Position numbers and translations under genes: made by a program
Shown: piece after piece, positions 9,884-20,609 of the stretch
How positions within the stretch are numbered: position 1 is the first letter of the stretch
Layout of the letters: each line of letters opens with the position of its first letter
Origin: Dehalococcoidia bacterium
GTDB taxonomy: Bacteria > Chloroflexota > Dehalococcoidia > Plut-88900
Reading direction: 5' to 3'
DNA length: 64,000 nt
Assembly (NCBI GenBank): GCA_965249275.1
Contig: CBDFLQ010000007.1
Span: 992,001 to 1,056,000, forward strand
The notes under the pieces: generated by a model
Told to the model about the DNA's origin: nothing
Databases searched by the model: none
Seen by the model: the letters and a program-made list of their open reading frames with translations, nothing else

Positions 9884-10126
9884 TTGTTTAGAGAGCATGA
9901 ACATATAGTGTTGACCTCGGATATCCGCGGCGACCATGGCGAGCGGCTAAAGCCAGGAGATGTGGGCGCAGTAGTACACGTTCATCCTGGCGCAGAAGCC
10001 TATGTAGTGGAGTTCATGGCCTTGGACAACCATACTGTAGCGATGGCCACTGTTCTTCCGTCTCAAGCCCGAGCCGTCACGAGCAGGGACCTTATCCACG
10101 CCCGAGACGTGGAATTTGCCGTTTAG
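9884..10126 (+). CDS. DUF4926 domain protein
   Basis: LKPGDVGAVVHVH...AYVVEF...TVA; follows the DUF6883-like gene, its usual partner. Confidence 0.75.
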   Translation: MFREHEHIVLTSDIRGDHGERLKPGDVGAVVHVHPGAEAYVVEFMALDNHTVAMATVLPSQARAVTSRDLIHARDVEFAV

Positions 10127-10250
10127 GGGCTTCTTCCCTTCTCCACTGAAGTAATCCTGAAGTTCTGCCAAGAGTCCCATAGAGGTCATTCGCGCCTTTT
10201 GCGAGCCGCATAATGGGTGACATATCACCGCCTATTGTGCGGCTTTTCAC

Positions 10251-10279
10251 TTGCGTCACCCCTGCCCCTATGCTATATT
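10251..10279 (+). promoter_or_regulatory. putative sigma70 promoter of the nuo operon
   Basis: TTGCGT (10251-10256), 17-nt spacer, TATATT (10274-10279) with extended -10 TG; RBS GGGGAGG before GTG 10308. Confidence 0.5.
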
Positions 10280-10307
10280 CAGGCCAACTTTTCCGGGGAG
10301 GCTTTGG

Positions 10308-10679
10308 GTGCTGGCCGACTACGGCTATATAGGTCTCTTCCTTCTTCTAGCAACCTTTATTCCAATCTCGATGATCCTGTTACCTTGGGCATTGTCCCTG
10401 GTCAGGATCAGACCTCGCAACCCAACTCCCGTAAAGCTCGAGACCTATGAGTCGGGGATGCGGACGGTCGGGGGATCCTGGATCCGGTTCAACTTCCGTT
10501 ACTACTTCATCGCTCTTCTCTTCGTCATATTCGACGTGGAGGTTATCTTTCTATTCCCCTGGGCTGTCCACCTTGACCAGCTGAAGGTATTCGGACTCAT
10601 AGAGATGGGAATTTTCATCGTTATCCTGCTTATCGGCTACGCCTACGCATGGCGGAAGAAAGCCCTGGAGTGGAGCTAA
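10308..10679 (+). CDS. nuoA: NADH-quinone oxidoreductase subunit A
   Basis: [23 protein letters not shown] and WRKKALEW. Confidence 0.95.
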   Translation: MLADYGYIGLFLLLATFIPISMILLPWALSLVRIRPRNPTPVKLETYESGMRTVGGSWIRFNFRYYFIALLFVIFDVEVIFLFPWAVHLDQLKVFGLIEMGIFIVILLIGYAYAWRKKALEWS

Positions 10680-10683
10680 AGTC

Positions 10684-11298
10684 ATGAAAGGTAACAAGGG
10701 GAATCTTCCCATTCTAGGCACCTCAATCGACGTTCAGGCCCTTGACCTTGCTGAAGGCGAAGAGGTCAACGCCCTCAAGGCGGCGTCTCAGTTCCCCAAC
10801 CCGGACCCGGTGATTGAGGTGCCGGCCGACCTTAAGCGCAGCATCCTGGTCACGAGCGTCGACTACATACTAAACTGGGGTCGGCGAAATGCCGTCTGGC
10901 CTCTCACTTTTGGGCTTGCGTGCTGCTCTTTCGAAATGATTGGTGCGGCCATGTCTCGTTACGATATCGCACGCTTCGGCGCCGAAGTATTTCGCGCCAC
11001 CCCCCGCCAGGCCGACCTCATGATCGTCGCAGGCACCCTCACGTGGAAGATGGCCGTACCCGTGAAGCGCATATACGAGCAGATGGCCGATCCCAAGTGG
11101 GTTATCTCAATGGGAGTGTGCGCCACCTCGGGCGGGCCCTACTACGAGTCCTACTCGGTGGTCCCAGGGGTCAACCGCATTGTCCCTGTGGACGTCTACG
11201 TACCCGGCTGTCCACCCCGCCCGGACGCCCTCCTGTATGGCCTGATGCAGCTTCAGGAAAAGATCAAGAAATACAGCATAGTTAAGGCGAAGAGCTAA
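10684..11298 (+). CDS. nuoB: NADH-quinone oxidoreductase subunit B
   Basis: [21 protein letters not shown] and VPGCPPRP. Confidence 0.97.
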   Translation: MKGNKGNLPILGTSIDVQALDLAEGEEVNALKAASQFPNPDPVIEVPADLKRSILVTSVDYILNWGRRNAVWPLTFGLACCSFEMIGAAMSRYDIARFGAEVFRATPRQADLMIVAGTLTWKMAVPVKRIYEQMADPKWVISMGVCATSGGPYYESYSVVPGVNRIVPVDVYVPGCPPRPDALLYGLMQLQEKIKKYSIVKAKS

Positions 11299-11304
11299 CC
11301 TACA

Positions 11305-11751
11305 GTGACCACCGAGCTTAACGCCCAAGACCTCGCCCGGAGTATTCAGGACCGTTTCCCCGGCTCGGTGGTGGAAGCCGGAGGCAATGCCCTGGTTGTA
11401 ACCACCGACACCCTCGCCAAGGTGGCCCGTCACTGCTTTGAGGACCCCGATCTGGCTTTCGACTTCCTTGTTGGTGTTACGGGGGTGGACTACATAGACC
11501 ACTTCGAAGTCGTGTACCATCTCTTATCGATCAAGCATAATCACTCGGTTGTCCTGAAGACTCGGGCCTTTACCAGGGAGTCACCGTCCGTGCCTTCGGT
11601 GACCGACATCTGGCACGGCGCCCTGCTCCAGGAGCGGGAAGTTTACGACCTGATGGGCATCGCTTTCGAAGGACATCCCGATCTGAAACGTATAATGCTG
11701 TGGGAGGGCTTCCCGGGCCATCCTCACCGCAAGGACTTTACCAACGCATAG
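11305..11751 (+). CDS. nuoC: NADH-quinone oxidoreductase subunit C
   Basis: EREVYDLMGIAFEGHPDLKRI...GHPHRKDF. Confidence 0.95.
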   Translation: MTTELNAQDLARSIQDRFPGSVVEAGGNALVVTTDTLAKVARHCFEDPDLAFDFLVGVTGVDYIDHFEVVYHLLSIKHNHSVVLKTRAFTRESPSVPSVTDIWHGALLQEREVYDLMGIAFEGHPDLKRIMLWEGFPGHPHRKDFTNA

Positions 11752-11809
11752 CCGCAATATTTCTGTTGGCGGTGACGGTTCCAACCACCATGAATGAATC
11801 GAGGACACG

Positions 11810-12913
11810 GTGACCCTTAAGACCGAAGAGGTGATGGTCAACATCGGGCCTCAGCATCCGAGCACCCACGGTGTGTTCAGGATGCGGGTCACCTTCGACG
11901 GCGAGGTAGTTACCGATCTGGAGCCCGTATTCGGATACCTGCACCGCGGAACCGAGAAGCTGGCCGAGGAGCGGACCTACACCCAGATAATCACCCTCAC
12001 CGACAGGCTGGACTACCTGGCCTCCATGTCCAACAACCTCGCCTACGTTCTCGCAGCGGAGAAGTTGGCGGGCATCGAGCCTCCCGAAAGGGCGATGTAC
12101 ATCCGGGTCATCATGGCAGAGCTGATGCGTATCGCGAGCCATTGCATGGCCCTCGGTTTCTTCATCAACGACCTCGGGGCTCTTGCTACTCCGCTTATGT
12201 ACATGTTCAGAGAGCGAGAGAAGATCCTGGACCTCTTTGAGATGGTATGCGGGGCACGGATCACCTACTCTTACATGCGAATCGGCGGGGTTAGCGGGGA
12301 CCTCCCACCGGAGTTCACGCCCGCGCTGACGAAGTTCATCAACGAGATGCCGGGATATATCGACGAGTACGAGGCCCTTTTGCGGGAGAACGAGATTATC
12401 GTCTCCCGCACCAAGGACATAGCCATCCTCCCGCCGGAACTGGCAATCAACTCTTCGATCTCGGGGCCGATGCTGCGGGCCTCGGGGGTGGACTGGGACC
12501 TCCGAAAATCCGATCCGTATGAAGTCTACGACCGTTTCGACTTCGAGGTGCCCCTAGGCGCCACCGGAGACACCTACGACCGCTTCCTGGTCCGGTTGGA
12601 GGAGATGCGGGAGAGCGTACGTATAGTCAAGCAGGCGATGGAGCAGATACCCGGGGGCCGGTTCCGGGCAACGGCCCCGGCCCTGATCAGACCTCCAGTC
12701 GGCGAAGCCTACGCCCACGTGGAAGCCCCCAAGGGTGAACTCGGGTTTTACCTCGTGAGCGACGGTGCAATCTCCCCATACCGCTGCAAGATCAGGGCCC
12801 CATCTTTCATTAACCTGACCGTCCTCCGAGAACTATCCATCGGCTGGAAGCTAGCCGACCTCATCGTCATCCTTGGCAGCATAGACATCAACATGGGCGA
12901 GGTGGACCGCTAG
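11810..12913 (+). CDS. nuoD: NADH-quinone oxidoreductase subunit D
   Basis: [19 protein letters not shown] and GEVDR. Confidence 0.97.
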   Translation: MTLKTEEVMVNIGPQHPSTHGVFRMRVTFDGEVVTDLEPVFGYLHRGTEKLAEERTYTQIITLTDRLDYLASMSNNLAYVLAAEKLAGIEPPERAMYIRVIMAELMRIASHCMALGFFINDLGALATPLMYMFREREKILDLFEMVCGARITYSYMRIGGVSGDLPPEFTPALTKFINEMPGYIDEYEALLRENEIIVSRTKDIAILPPELAINSSISGPMLRASGVDWDLRKSDPYEVYDRFDFEVPLGATGDTYDRFLVRLEEMRESVRIVKQAMEQIPGGRFRATAPALIRPPVGEAYAHVEAPKGELGFYLVSDGAISPYRCKIRAPSFINLTVLRELSIGWKLADLIVILGSIDINMGEVDR

Positions 12914-14121
12914 TGGACTGGTTCTACGAGTTCTGGAGAGAGCTGGGCGAAGTAATTCGCGGGTGGATCGAGGCCGTCGTGCCCGACGCCGCGGAGGGCT
13001 GGGTCACCTACCTGGTGCTCGGGCTGCTCAGCATACTGGTGCTCGTCAACATTCCGATGGTGCTTGTCCCCATTCTCATCTATCTGGAGAGGCGCCTACT
13101 TGGCAGGTTCCAAAACCGAGTCGGGCCCAACCGAGTCGGGCCCTTCGGCGTTCTCCAGCCCATAGCCGACGCCATAAAGATTATGACCAAGGAGGACATC
13201 ATCCCCACAGGCGCGGACAAGCTGGTATTCACCCTCGCGCCCGTGGCCGTGATGGTCCCTGCCCTGCTCATGTTCACCGTAATACCGTTCGGCGGGGAGA
13301 CCTATCTCACCAATCTGAATGTCGGCATTCTCTTTATAGTCGCCGTAACGGCCATGGAAACCATAGGGGTCTTCATGGCCGGGTGGGCATCGAACAACAA
13401 ATACGCTCTGTTTGGAGCGATGAGGGCTGTTGCCCAACTGGTCAGCTACGAAATTCCGCTGGTCATCTCCGTCATGGGGGTCGTGCTCATCGCCGGCTCA
13501 ATGGCGCTAAACGACATCGTTGGAGTCCAGAGCAGTTGGCCGCTCATTCTGTTCCAACCGCTGGGATTCATCATCTTCTTCATGGCGGTATCCGCGGAGC
13601 TCAACCGCTCGCCGTTCGACCTGATGGAGGCCGAGTCGGAAATCATAGCGGGGATTCACACCGAGTACAGTGGCGTGAAGTTCGTCATGTTCCTGACTGC
13701 AGAGGGCATCTCCCTTGTCGGTTACTCCGCTGTGATGGCCACGTTATACCTGAGCGGCTGGGAGGGGCCGGGTCTGCCGGGGTACCTCTGGCTGCTGGTC
13801 AAGATATTCTTCATATTCGGCATCTTCGTATGGACTCGGGCCACGCTGCCGAGACTCCGAGTAGACCAGGTTATGACCTTCGCATGGAAGTTCCTGTTCC
13901 CACTCGCCCTGCTTAACGCGGCCATTACTGCGGTGCAGGTGGTCGTCTGGTCGGACGGTCTGCCCCCGTGGCTAATACCGGTGAACATTGTCATTGCGAT
14001 AGGCCTGGTCGCAATGCTGCACAAGCTCATCGGCTTCCAAGGCCAGACTCGCCAGGTAGTGTCCGGAGGCTCCGAACGGCTCGCAGCCCTGTCCAGGCCT
14101 GTAGCCGGAGGTAGTGAATAA
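12913..14121 (+). CDS. nuoH: NADH-quinone oxidoreductase subunit H
   Basis: RVGPNRVGPFG..Q.IADAIK, NRSPFDLMEAESE and PRLRVDQ. Confidence 0.96.
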   Translation: MDWFYEFWRELGEVIRGWIEAVVPDAAEGWVTYLVLGLLSILVLVNIPMVLVPILIYLERRLLGRFQNRVGPNRVGPFGVLQPIADAIKIMTKEDIIPTGADKLVFTLAPVAVMVPALLMFTVIPFGGETYLTNLNVGILFIVAVTAMETIGVFMAGWASNNKYALFGAMRAVAQLVSYEIPLVISVMGVVLIAGSMALNDIVGVQSSWPLILFQPLGFIIFFMAVSAELNRSPFDLMEAESEIIAGIHTEYSGVKFVMFLTAEGISLVGYSAVMATLYLSGWEGPGLPGYLWLLVKIFFIFGIFVWTRATLPRLRVDQVMTFAWKFLFPLALLNAAITAVQVVVWSDGLPPWLIPVNIVIAIGLVAMLHKLIGFQGQTRQVVSGGSERLAALSRPVAGGSE

Positions 14122-14678
14122 TGTACGGCTTGGGAATTGCAAAAGGGATGATCGTTACCTTCAAGCACCTCTTCAGGAAGCCCTTCACCGTCCAGTACCC
14201 CGAAGAGATGGTCACGCGCGGCACCCGGTTCCGCGGATACGAGTTCACCTGGTACGAAGACCGCTGCACAGGCTGCGCTTCTTGTGCCAAATACTGCCCA
14301 TTGGGCACCATCAAGATAGTGACTCACCCCGAGGGTGATCGGAAGCAGGGTCTGGACTACGCTATAGACGTTTTCGACATAGACACCGGCCGCTGCATGT
14401 TTTGCGGGTTATGCGTCGAGGCGTGCCCCTACGACGCCCTGTTCATGGGCTCGGGGTTCGAGCAGGCCGTCTACACCCGCACCGACATGGTAGTCCACGT
14501 GGACGACCTACGAGACCGGGACAAAAGGCCCAGCGCTTTCTTACGTCCCAACCTGGACGGCACGCGGTATCTGCCAGAGTATTCTCTCCCTTCCGACGGC
14601 GCAGGGCGCCCCTGGAAGGGCCGCTGGGCCGACGACGGCGAGCCTATACCCCAATCCCCCGAAAGCGGAGAGAGATAG
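14121..14678 (+). CDS. nuoI: NADH-quinone oxidoreductase subunit I
   Basis: Two CxxCxxCxxxCP 4Fe-4S motifs. Confidence 0.95.
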   Translation: MYGLGIAKGMIVTFKHLFRKPFTVQYPEEMVTRGTRFRGYEFTWYEDRCTGCASCAKYCPLGTIKIVTHPEGDRKQGLDYAIDVFDIDTGRCMFCGLCVEACPYDALFMGSGFEQAVYTRTDMVVHVDDLRDRDKRPSAFLRPNLDGTRYLPEYSLPSDGAGRPWKGRWADDGEPIPQSPESGER

Positions 14679-14690
14679 AGCAGCCAGCGC

Positions 14691-15197
14691 ATGGAAGTCG
14701 GCATAGCCATAGCCTTCTGGATTCTCGCCTCCCTTGCGGTGATTTCCTCTGCAGCGGTGGTCCTTCTGCGGGATATCTTCCGTGCGTCCCTATTCCTGAT
14801 TTTGTCCTTCCTGGCAGTTGCAGGCATATACATAATCCTGCAGGCCGATTTCTTGGCCGTTGCCCAAGTCCTGATATATGTCGGTGCGATATCGGTACTT
14901 CTGATATTCGCCATCATGCTGACCAGAGACACACAGCAGGGGAATCCATCCAACCGGCTCTCGGCGCCCGGGGCTTTTCTAGCCGGAGTTATCTTCTCAG
15001 CCATCATCGTCGCCATCTTCACAACCGACTGGCCTTTATCGTCGGAGACCCCGCCCGAGTCGACTACCAATCTCCTTGCCGACGCCCTGTTCAACCGCTT
15101 CGTCCTCCCCTTCGAGGTCGCTTCCGTTTTGCTATTGGCCGCCATGATCGGTGCGATAGTCATCGCCCGACCGAAAGAGGCCGACGGCAATGATTAA
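14691..15197 (+). CDS. nuoJ: NADH-quinone oxidoreductase subunit J
   Basis: ADFLAVAQVLIYVGAISVL and LPFEVASVLLL. Confidence 0.95.
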   Translation: MEVGIAIAFWILASLAVISSAAVVLLRDIFRASLFLILSFLAVAGIYIILQADFLAVAQVLIYVGAISVLLIFAIMLTRDTQQGNPSNRLSAPGAFLAGVIFSAIIVAIFTTDWPLSSETPPESTTNLLADALFNRFVLPFEVASVLLLAAMIGAIVIARPKEADGND

Positions 15198-15498
15198 CCT
15201 TGAACACTTCCTGGTCCTGTCGGCGATCATGTTCTGTATCGGTCTTTGGGGGGCACTGTCCAAGAGGAACATAGTCGCGATCCTGATGTGCATCGAGATT
15301 ATGTTCAATGGGGTGAACATCGCCTTCATAGCTTTCTCGCGATACAATTCCCCGACGTTATTGACGGGCCACGTGTTCGCAATCTTCGTTATTGCCATCG
15401 CTGCCGCCGAGGTGTCGCTCGGGCTGGCCATCGTCATTGCCGTATTCCGAAGCCGCCAGACCGTTGAGGTCGGCGAGGTAGGGATACTGAAAGGCTAG
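15190..15498 (+). CDS. nuoK: NADH-quinone oxidoreductase subunit K
   Basis: LMCIEIMFNG and AAAEVSLGLA. Confidence 0.96.
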   Translation: MINLEHFLVLSAIMFCIGLWGALSKRNIVAILMCIEIMFNGVNIAFIAFSRYNSPTLLTGHVFAIFVIAIAAAEVSLGLAIVIAVFRSRQTVEVGEVGILKG

Positions 15499-15512
15499 GC
15501 TCCACTACACTT

Positions 15513-15710
15513 ATGAGCTGGATGGAATTCAAACGCGTCCCAACTCTCATCGTCGCCGAGATGTGGAAAGACCTATTCGAGGGCGAGGGACTTCCCACCC
15601 GCATCCTCCCCGAGGGCGATATCCTCTCCTGGGCTGAGGGCGTGCCGTTCATCGTTTACGTTCCAAAGGGCCGCGAGCACATCGCCGACGAGATTCTCAG
15701 GAAGATATAG
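15513..15710 (+). CDS. 65-aa hypothetical protein inside the nuo operon (DUF2007-like)
   Basis: Fills the nuoK-nuoL gap and abuts the nuoL ATG; pattern AEMWKDLFEGEGLP...VYVP...ADEIL. Confidence 0.7.
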   Translation: MSWMEFKRVPTLIVAEMWKDLFEGEGLPTRILPEGDILSWAEGVPFIVYVPKGREHIADEILRKI

Positions 15711-17630
15711 ATGATCCCCGAAGCGGCAAGCTGGCTGATCCTATTCCTTCCCCTAATCTCGTTCCTCTTAATTGTCTTCGTGGTACGTCCCCTGTTCGGG
15801 TCTGCGGCCATTGTGGCGGGCTTCGTGGCCGTACTATCTATCGGCGGATCTTTTGTACTGTCCATCTGGGCGCTGGCATCGGTTATCGATACGCCGGGCC
15901 ATCTGCAGGACTATTCGAGCCATGGATGGATGGATATAGGCGTCTTGCAGATCAAGATGGGAATCCTGATGGACTCCCTGACGGCGATCATGCTCATTGT
16001 GGTTACGGGCGTTAGCCTGATGGTGCAGCTCTATTCATTGGGCTACATGAAGCACGACGCCTCGATAGCCCGGTTCTTCGCATACATGTCGCTGTTTACG
16101 TGCTCGATGCTCGGGCTGGTAATGGCCGACAACCTGATAATGCTCTTCGTATTCTGGGAGCTGGTCGGCCTCTCCTCCTACCTGCTGATAGGCTTCTGGC
16201 ACGATAGACCAAGCGCAGCGGCAGCCGCCAAGAAAGCGTTTATCGTGACTCGATTCGGCGACATGGGTTTCCTAATCGCCATCCTGGGTGTGTACATGAC
16301 CCTCGGCGCCGATGGGCTGGACATCGCCTTCTTGAACGAGGCCGCCGGAGGCCCCCTTGCCGGGATTGCCCTCACACTGGTTGCGCTGGGCATTTTCTCG
16401 GGTGCGGTCGGGAAGTCGGGGCAGTTCCCCCTTCACACCTGGCTCCCAGACGCGATGGAAGGTCCGACCCCAGTCAGCGCCCTCATTCACGCCGCCACAA
16501 TGGTGGCCGCCGGTGTATTCCTAGTAGCCCGCATGTTCCCCCTCTTCGAAGCCTCCACCGCTGCAATGACCACCGTTGCTTACATCGGGGCGGGGACTGC
16601 CCTCTTCGCGGCCACCATGGGCCTGGTGATGACGGACATCAAGCGAGTGCTCGCTTATTCCACGGTGAGCCAACTGGGGTTCATGATGTTCGCCCTGGGG
16701 GTCGGGGCGGTGCCAGCGGCCATTTTCCACCTGTTCACCCACGCATTTTTCAAGGCCCTGCTCTTCCTGGGCTCGGGAAGCGTCAACCATGCCACGGGAA
16801 CCTATGACATAAGACGTATGGGGGGTCTGGCAAAGCCAATGCCCTGGACCTTCGCCACATTTGCCATAGGCGGGCTGGCGATATCGGGCATACCTCCATT
16901 CTCGGGGTTCTGGAGCAAGGACGAGATATTGGCGGCGGCGTGGCACGGGGATAAAGGGGTCTATATTCTCGGCATTGTTGCCGCCTTCCTAACCTCCGTA
17001 TACATATTCAGGCTTATCTTCATCACATTCCTGGGCAAATACCGCGGCGGCGAGGCCCCACAGCACGGCGAACACGTACCAGATGAACCCCATGAGTCCC
17101 CTGTCATCATGGTTGTTCCAATGCTCATTCTCGCTGCAGGGGCGATTGCTGCGGGGCTAGCCAACCTGCCCGGCTTCTCGATCCTCGGCATCCCGGAGAG
17201 CTGGATGTCCGATTTGCTCACGGGCCACGGGGAGCCATTCCCCACGGGCATCGCAGTCTCGTCCTCGCTCGTCGCTGCGCTGGGCATTGGCGTGGCCTAT
17301 GCCATCTATGTCCGGCGCATCATCACCCCCGAGAAGATCATGGCAACCTTCAGTCCCATCCACCGAATTCTCGCCCGGAAATACTACATGGATGAGATAT
17401 ACGAGACGGGGATAGTACGCAAGGTGGGCCTGGGAATCGTGGCACGGGGCGGGGACATATTCGACAGGAACGTGGTGGATCGTATCGTCAACATAGTGGG
17501 TTCCTTGGGCCGAAATTTCGGGGGCGGCATAGCCAAACTGCAGACAGGACAGGTGCAGGCCTATGGGGTCGGAATTTTTGTCGGTCTGATAGTCATTATG
17601 GCCATATTCTGGTTCGCGACCGGGATGTAA
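15711..17630 (+). CDS. nuoL: NADH-quinone oxidoreductase subunit L
   Basis: GKSGQFPLHTWLPDAMEGPTPVSALIHAATMV and THAFFKALLF. Confidence 0.97.
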   Translation: MIPEAASWLILFLPLISFLLIVFVVRPLFGSAAIVAGFVAVLSIGGSFVLSIWALASVIDTPGHLQDYSSHGWMDIGVLQIKMGILMDSLTAIMLIVVTGVSLMVQLYSLGYMKHDASIARFFAYMSLFTCSMLGLVMADNLIMLFVFWELVGLSSYLLIGFWHDRPSAAAAAKKAFIVTRFGDMGFLIAILGVYMTLGADGLDIAFLNEAAGGPLAGIALTLVALGIFSGAVGKSGQFPLHTWLPDAMEGPTPVSALIHAATMVAAGVFLVARMFPLFEASTAAMTTVAYIGAGTALFAATMGLVMTDIKRVLAYSTVSQLGFMMFALGVGAVPAAIFHLFTHAFFKALLFLGSGSVNHATGTYDIRRMGGLAKPMPWTFATFAIGGLAISGIPPFSGFWSKDEILAAAWHGDKGVYILGIVAAFLTSVYIFRLIFITFLGKYRGGEAPQHGEHVPDEPHESPVIMVVPMLILAAGAIAAGLANLPGFSILGIPESWMSDLLTGHGEPFPTGIAVSSSLVAALGIGVAYAIYVRRIITPEKIMATFSPIHRILARKYYMDEIYETGIVRKVGLGIVARGGDIFDRNVVDRIVNIVGSLGRNFGGGIAKLQTGQVQAYGVGIFVGLIVIMAIFWFATGM

Positions 17631-17634
17631 AGCT

Positions 17635-19107
17635 TTGTTCACTGGCATACTCAGCTTAATAGTGTTCCTGCCCCTAGCCGGGGTGCTGCTCATTCTCCTT
17701 CTGCCTCGGGCTGAGGGAGGACGAAGCCGCCAGGTGGCCCTTGGCGTCACCCTGGCCACCCTCGCCCTAGCTATCATCACTGCCATTCGCTTCAATACCT
17801 CCATTTCCGATCCCCAGTTTGTCGAGCAGTACCAGTGGATCCCATTTATCAACGTAGAATACTTCTTAGGCGTGGACGGCCTATCGATGCCGATGGTGGT
17901 CCTGACCGCCCTCCTTTCCGTTGCGGCGATTCTGGCCTCCTGGAAGATCAACTATCGGACCAAGGAGTACTTCATCTGGATGCTCGTCCTGGAAACGGGC
18001 GTCATGGGGGTGTTCACCTCTTTGGACCTGGTCCAGTTCTTCCTCTTCTGGGAAGTGGAACTGGTCCCCATGTACCTGCTCATATCTATTTGGGGAAGCG
18101 GCCGCCGAGAGTACTCGGCGATGAAGTTCCTGATCTACACGGTTGGGGCGAGTGCGCTGATGCTGGTCGGGATTCTGGCGGTCGGGTTTGCGGCAGGTTC
18201 GTTCAACATGATCGAGCTCGCCAAGACGGGGTCGGACTGGATACCAAACCTGTTCATCTCCGCCGAGCTCGCGTTCCTTCTGATAATGGCCGCCTTCGCC
18301 GTTAAGCTACCCATCTGGCCTTTCCATACGTGGCTCCCGGACGCCCACACCGACGCCCCAACCGCTGTCAGCGTCATGCTGGCCGGTGTGCTCCTCAAGA
18401 TGGGGGGTTACGGCATCCTCCGGATCTCCATCAGCCTCTTCCCCGAAGTCACCGATAAACTGGCAATCTGGCTGGCAGTTCTGGGGGTGGTCAACATTCT
18501 GTACGGAGCGTTCGTAACGTTCCAGCAGACCGACCTGAAGCGGCTCGTGGCGTTCAGCAGTGTCAGCCACATGGGATTCGTGCTCTTGGGAGTCGCCTCC
18601 CTGGACGAAGTGGGACTCACCGGAGCCGCGCTGCAGATGTTCACCCACGGCACGATCACCGGTCTCCTCTTCTTCCTGGTTGGACTCGTATACGACCGGG
18701 TCCATACACGGCACATCCCGGACCTCGGGGGCCTGGCGAACCGAATGCCATTCATAGCTGCGGCCTTCCTCATCGGAGGATTGGCGTCTCTGGGTCTTCC
18801 GGCAACCAGCGGTTTCGTGGCAGAGCTGACCATTTTCTTAGGCACTTTCCAGGAGTGGCGAACAGCCACGGTCCTGGGTGTGCTCGGGATCTTTCTTTCG
18901 GCGGGCTATATTTTGTGGACCCTGCAACGCACCATGTACGGCACCCCAACTACTCGGTTCCAGCACGTCGGGGATGCGGGGATTGTGGACAAGGCCGGAG
19001 CCATTCTGCTAATCGCCCCGATCCTTATAGTCGGGGTCTATCCGTCCTTTATCACCGATATGCTGAGGGAAGGAATAAAGCCTATCAGCGCCCTATACGG
19101 CGGCTAG
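17635..19107 (+). CDS. nuoM: NADH-quinone oxidoreductase subunit M
   Basis: VKLPIWPFHTWLPDAHTDAPT and LLKMGGYG. Confidence 0.97.
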   Translation: MFTGILSLIVFLPLAGVLLILLLPRAEGGRSRQVALGVTLATLALAIITAIRFNTSISDPQFVEQYQWIPFINVEYFLGVDGLSMPMVVLTALLSVAAILASWKINYRTKEYFIWMLVLETGVMGVFTSLDLVQFFLFWEVELVPMYLLISIWGSGRREYSAMKFLIYTVGASALMLVGILAVGFAAGSFNMIELAKTGSDWIPNLFISAELAFLLIMAAFAVKLPIWPFHTWLPDAHTDAPTAVSVMLAGVLLKMGGYGILRISISLFPEVTDKLAIWLAVLGVVNILYGAFVTFQQTDLKRLVAFSSVSHMGFVLLGVASLDEVGLTGAALQMFTHGTITGLLFFLVGLVYDRVHTRHIPDLGGLANRMPFIAAAFLIGGLASLGLPATSGFVAELTIFLGTFQEWRTATVLGVLGIFLSAGYILWTLQRTMYGTPTTRFQHVGDAGIVDKAGAILLIAPILIVGVYPSFITDMLREGIKPISALYGG

Positions 19108-19122
19108 TCCAGGCACACGCTA

Positions 19123-20589
19123 ATGTATCCTGACGACCTATATCTCTTAATGCCCGAGCTGGTCTTGGGCGGGGCCGCGGGCATCATCATCCTTCTAGAC
19201 CTCGTCCTCAAGAAGAAGGATGTACTTGCTCCCCTGAGCCTAGCGGGTATCGCCGCTTCGGCGGCACTCTCACTGGTGCTCTGGCTCAAGGTTGACGGGT
19301 TAGAGTCCAACGCATTGACTGGGTTCAACGGTTTCCTAGTCGTTGACCACTATGCTCTGTTCTTCAAGTTCCTTATCCTCGGCGCGACTGCCTTAGTCTT
19401 GATGGCTTCCCATTCCGCCACGGGCTTGCGGGCCTACCGAGCCGAGTATTTCGCCCTGATTATGATGGCCTCCGGCGGTCTGATGCTCCTGGCCGCTTCC
19501 ACCGAGCTGATATCCATTTACGTATCCCTGGAGTTGAGCGCACTGGCCACCGTGGCCCTGATAGCTCTCAACAAAGACAATCGCTCCACGGAGGCTGCCC
19601 TGAAGTTCCTGGTGCTGAGCGCTATCAGCTCGGGAATAATGCTGTTCGGGTTTGCCATGATCTTCGGACTCACCGGCAGCACGAGGCTGCTGGACATCGC
19701 CGACAGACTGACGCCCTTCAGCCAGCTAATCGAGCAGCCGGCCCTGTTACTCGGAGTCATCTTCATCGTCGCCGGGTTCGGGTTCAAGATCTCCTCGGTA
19801 CCCTTCCAGATGTGGGTACCAGACGTGTACGAAGGCGCACCTACCCCGGTTGCCGCCTATCTCTCGGTGGCGAGCAAAGCGGCAGGGTTTGCGGTTATCG
19901 TTCGTGTGTTTTTCCTAGCCTTCGGCTCCGTCACCGAGGAGTGGGCGCTGCTATTCGCCATCCTGGCAGCCGTATCGATGTTCATAGGCAACCTGGTAGC
20001 CATAGCCCAGTCGAACATCAAGCGGATGCTGGGCTACAGCACCATAGCCCATGCCGGGTTCATCATGGTGGGGCTGGCGGCCATTGGGCGGGACGGCTCG
20101 GCCCTCGGCCCGGGGGTCGAGAGCCTGATGTTCTACCTGGTCGCCTATGCGGCTACCAACCTAGCTGCGTTCTTTGGGGTGATCGCCATATCCGGCGTTA
20201 TCAAGAGCGAGCTAATTCAGGACTACGCGGGGCTCGCGCGGCGGAACCCGGTGTTGGCACTGGGTATGGCAATATCCCTCATATCCCTCATGGGCATCCC
20301 GCCAACCGCCGGATTCTGGGCCAAGCTGAACGTCTTCAAGGCCGCCGTCGAGACCGACCTGGTGTGGCTGGCGGTGGTCGGGATGGTAAACAGCGTCATC
20401 TCGGCCTACTTCTACCTCCGGGTGATAAAGGCGATGTACCTGGCCCCCTCCCGCAGGGAAGAGCCCATAGCCACTACATTGCCCCTGAACGCCGCTATGG
20501 CCATAACGGTACTCGGGGTGCTGTTCATGGGAATAGTGCCCAACTACGTTATGGACTTGGTCGGGACTGCGGTTACGACGCTGGGCTGA
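19123..20589 (+). CDS. nuoN: NADH-quinone oxidoreductase subunit N
   Basis: FKISSVPFQMWVPDVYEGAPTP and KRMLGYSTIAHAG. Confidence 0.97.
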   Translation: MYPDDLYLLMPELVLGGAAGIIILLDLVLKKKDVLAPLSLAGIAASAALSLVLWLKVDGLESNALTGFNGFLVVDHYALFFKFLILGATALVLMASHSATGLRAYRAEYFALIMMASGGLMLLAASTELISIYVSLELSALATVALIALNKDNRSTEAALKFLVLSAISSGIMLFGFAMIFGLTGSTRLLDIADRLTPFSQLIEQPALLLGVIFIVAGFGFKISSVPFQMWVPDVYEGAPTPVAAYLSVASKAAGFAVIVRVFFLAFGSVTEEWALLFAILAAVSMFIGNLVAIAQSNIKRMLGYSTIAHAGFIMVGLAAIGRDGSALGPGVESLMFYLVAYAATNLAAFFGVIAISGVIKSELIQDYAGLARRNPVLALGMAISLISLMGIPPTAGFWAKLNVFKAAVETDLVWLAVVGMVNSVISAYFYLRVIKAMYLAPSRREEPIATTLPLNAAMAITVLGVLFMGIVPNYVMDLVGTAVTTLG

Positions 20590-20609
20590 TTCAGCCTCGG
20601 CTGTTCGGT

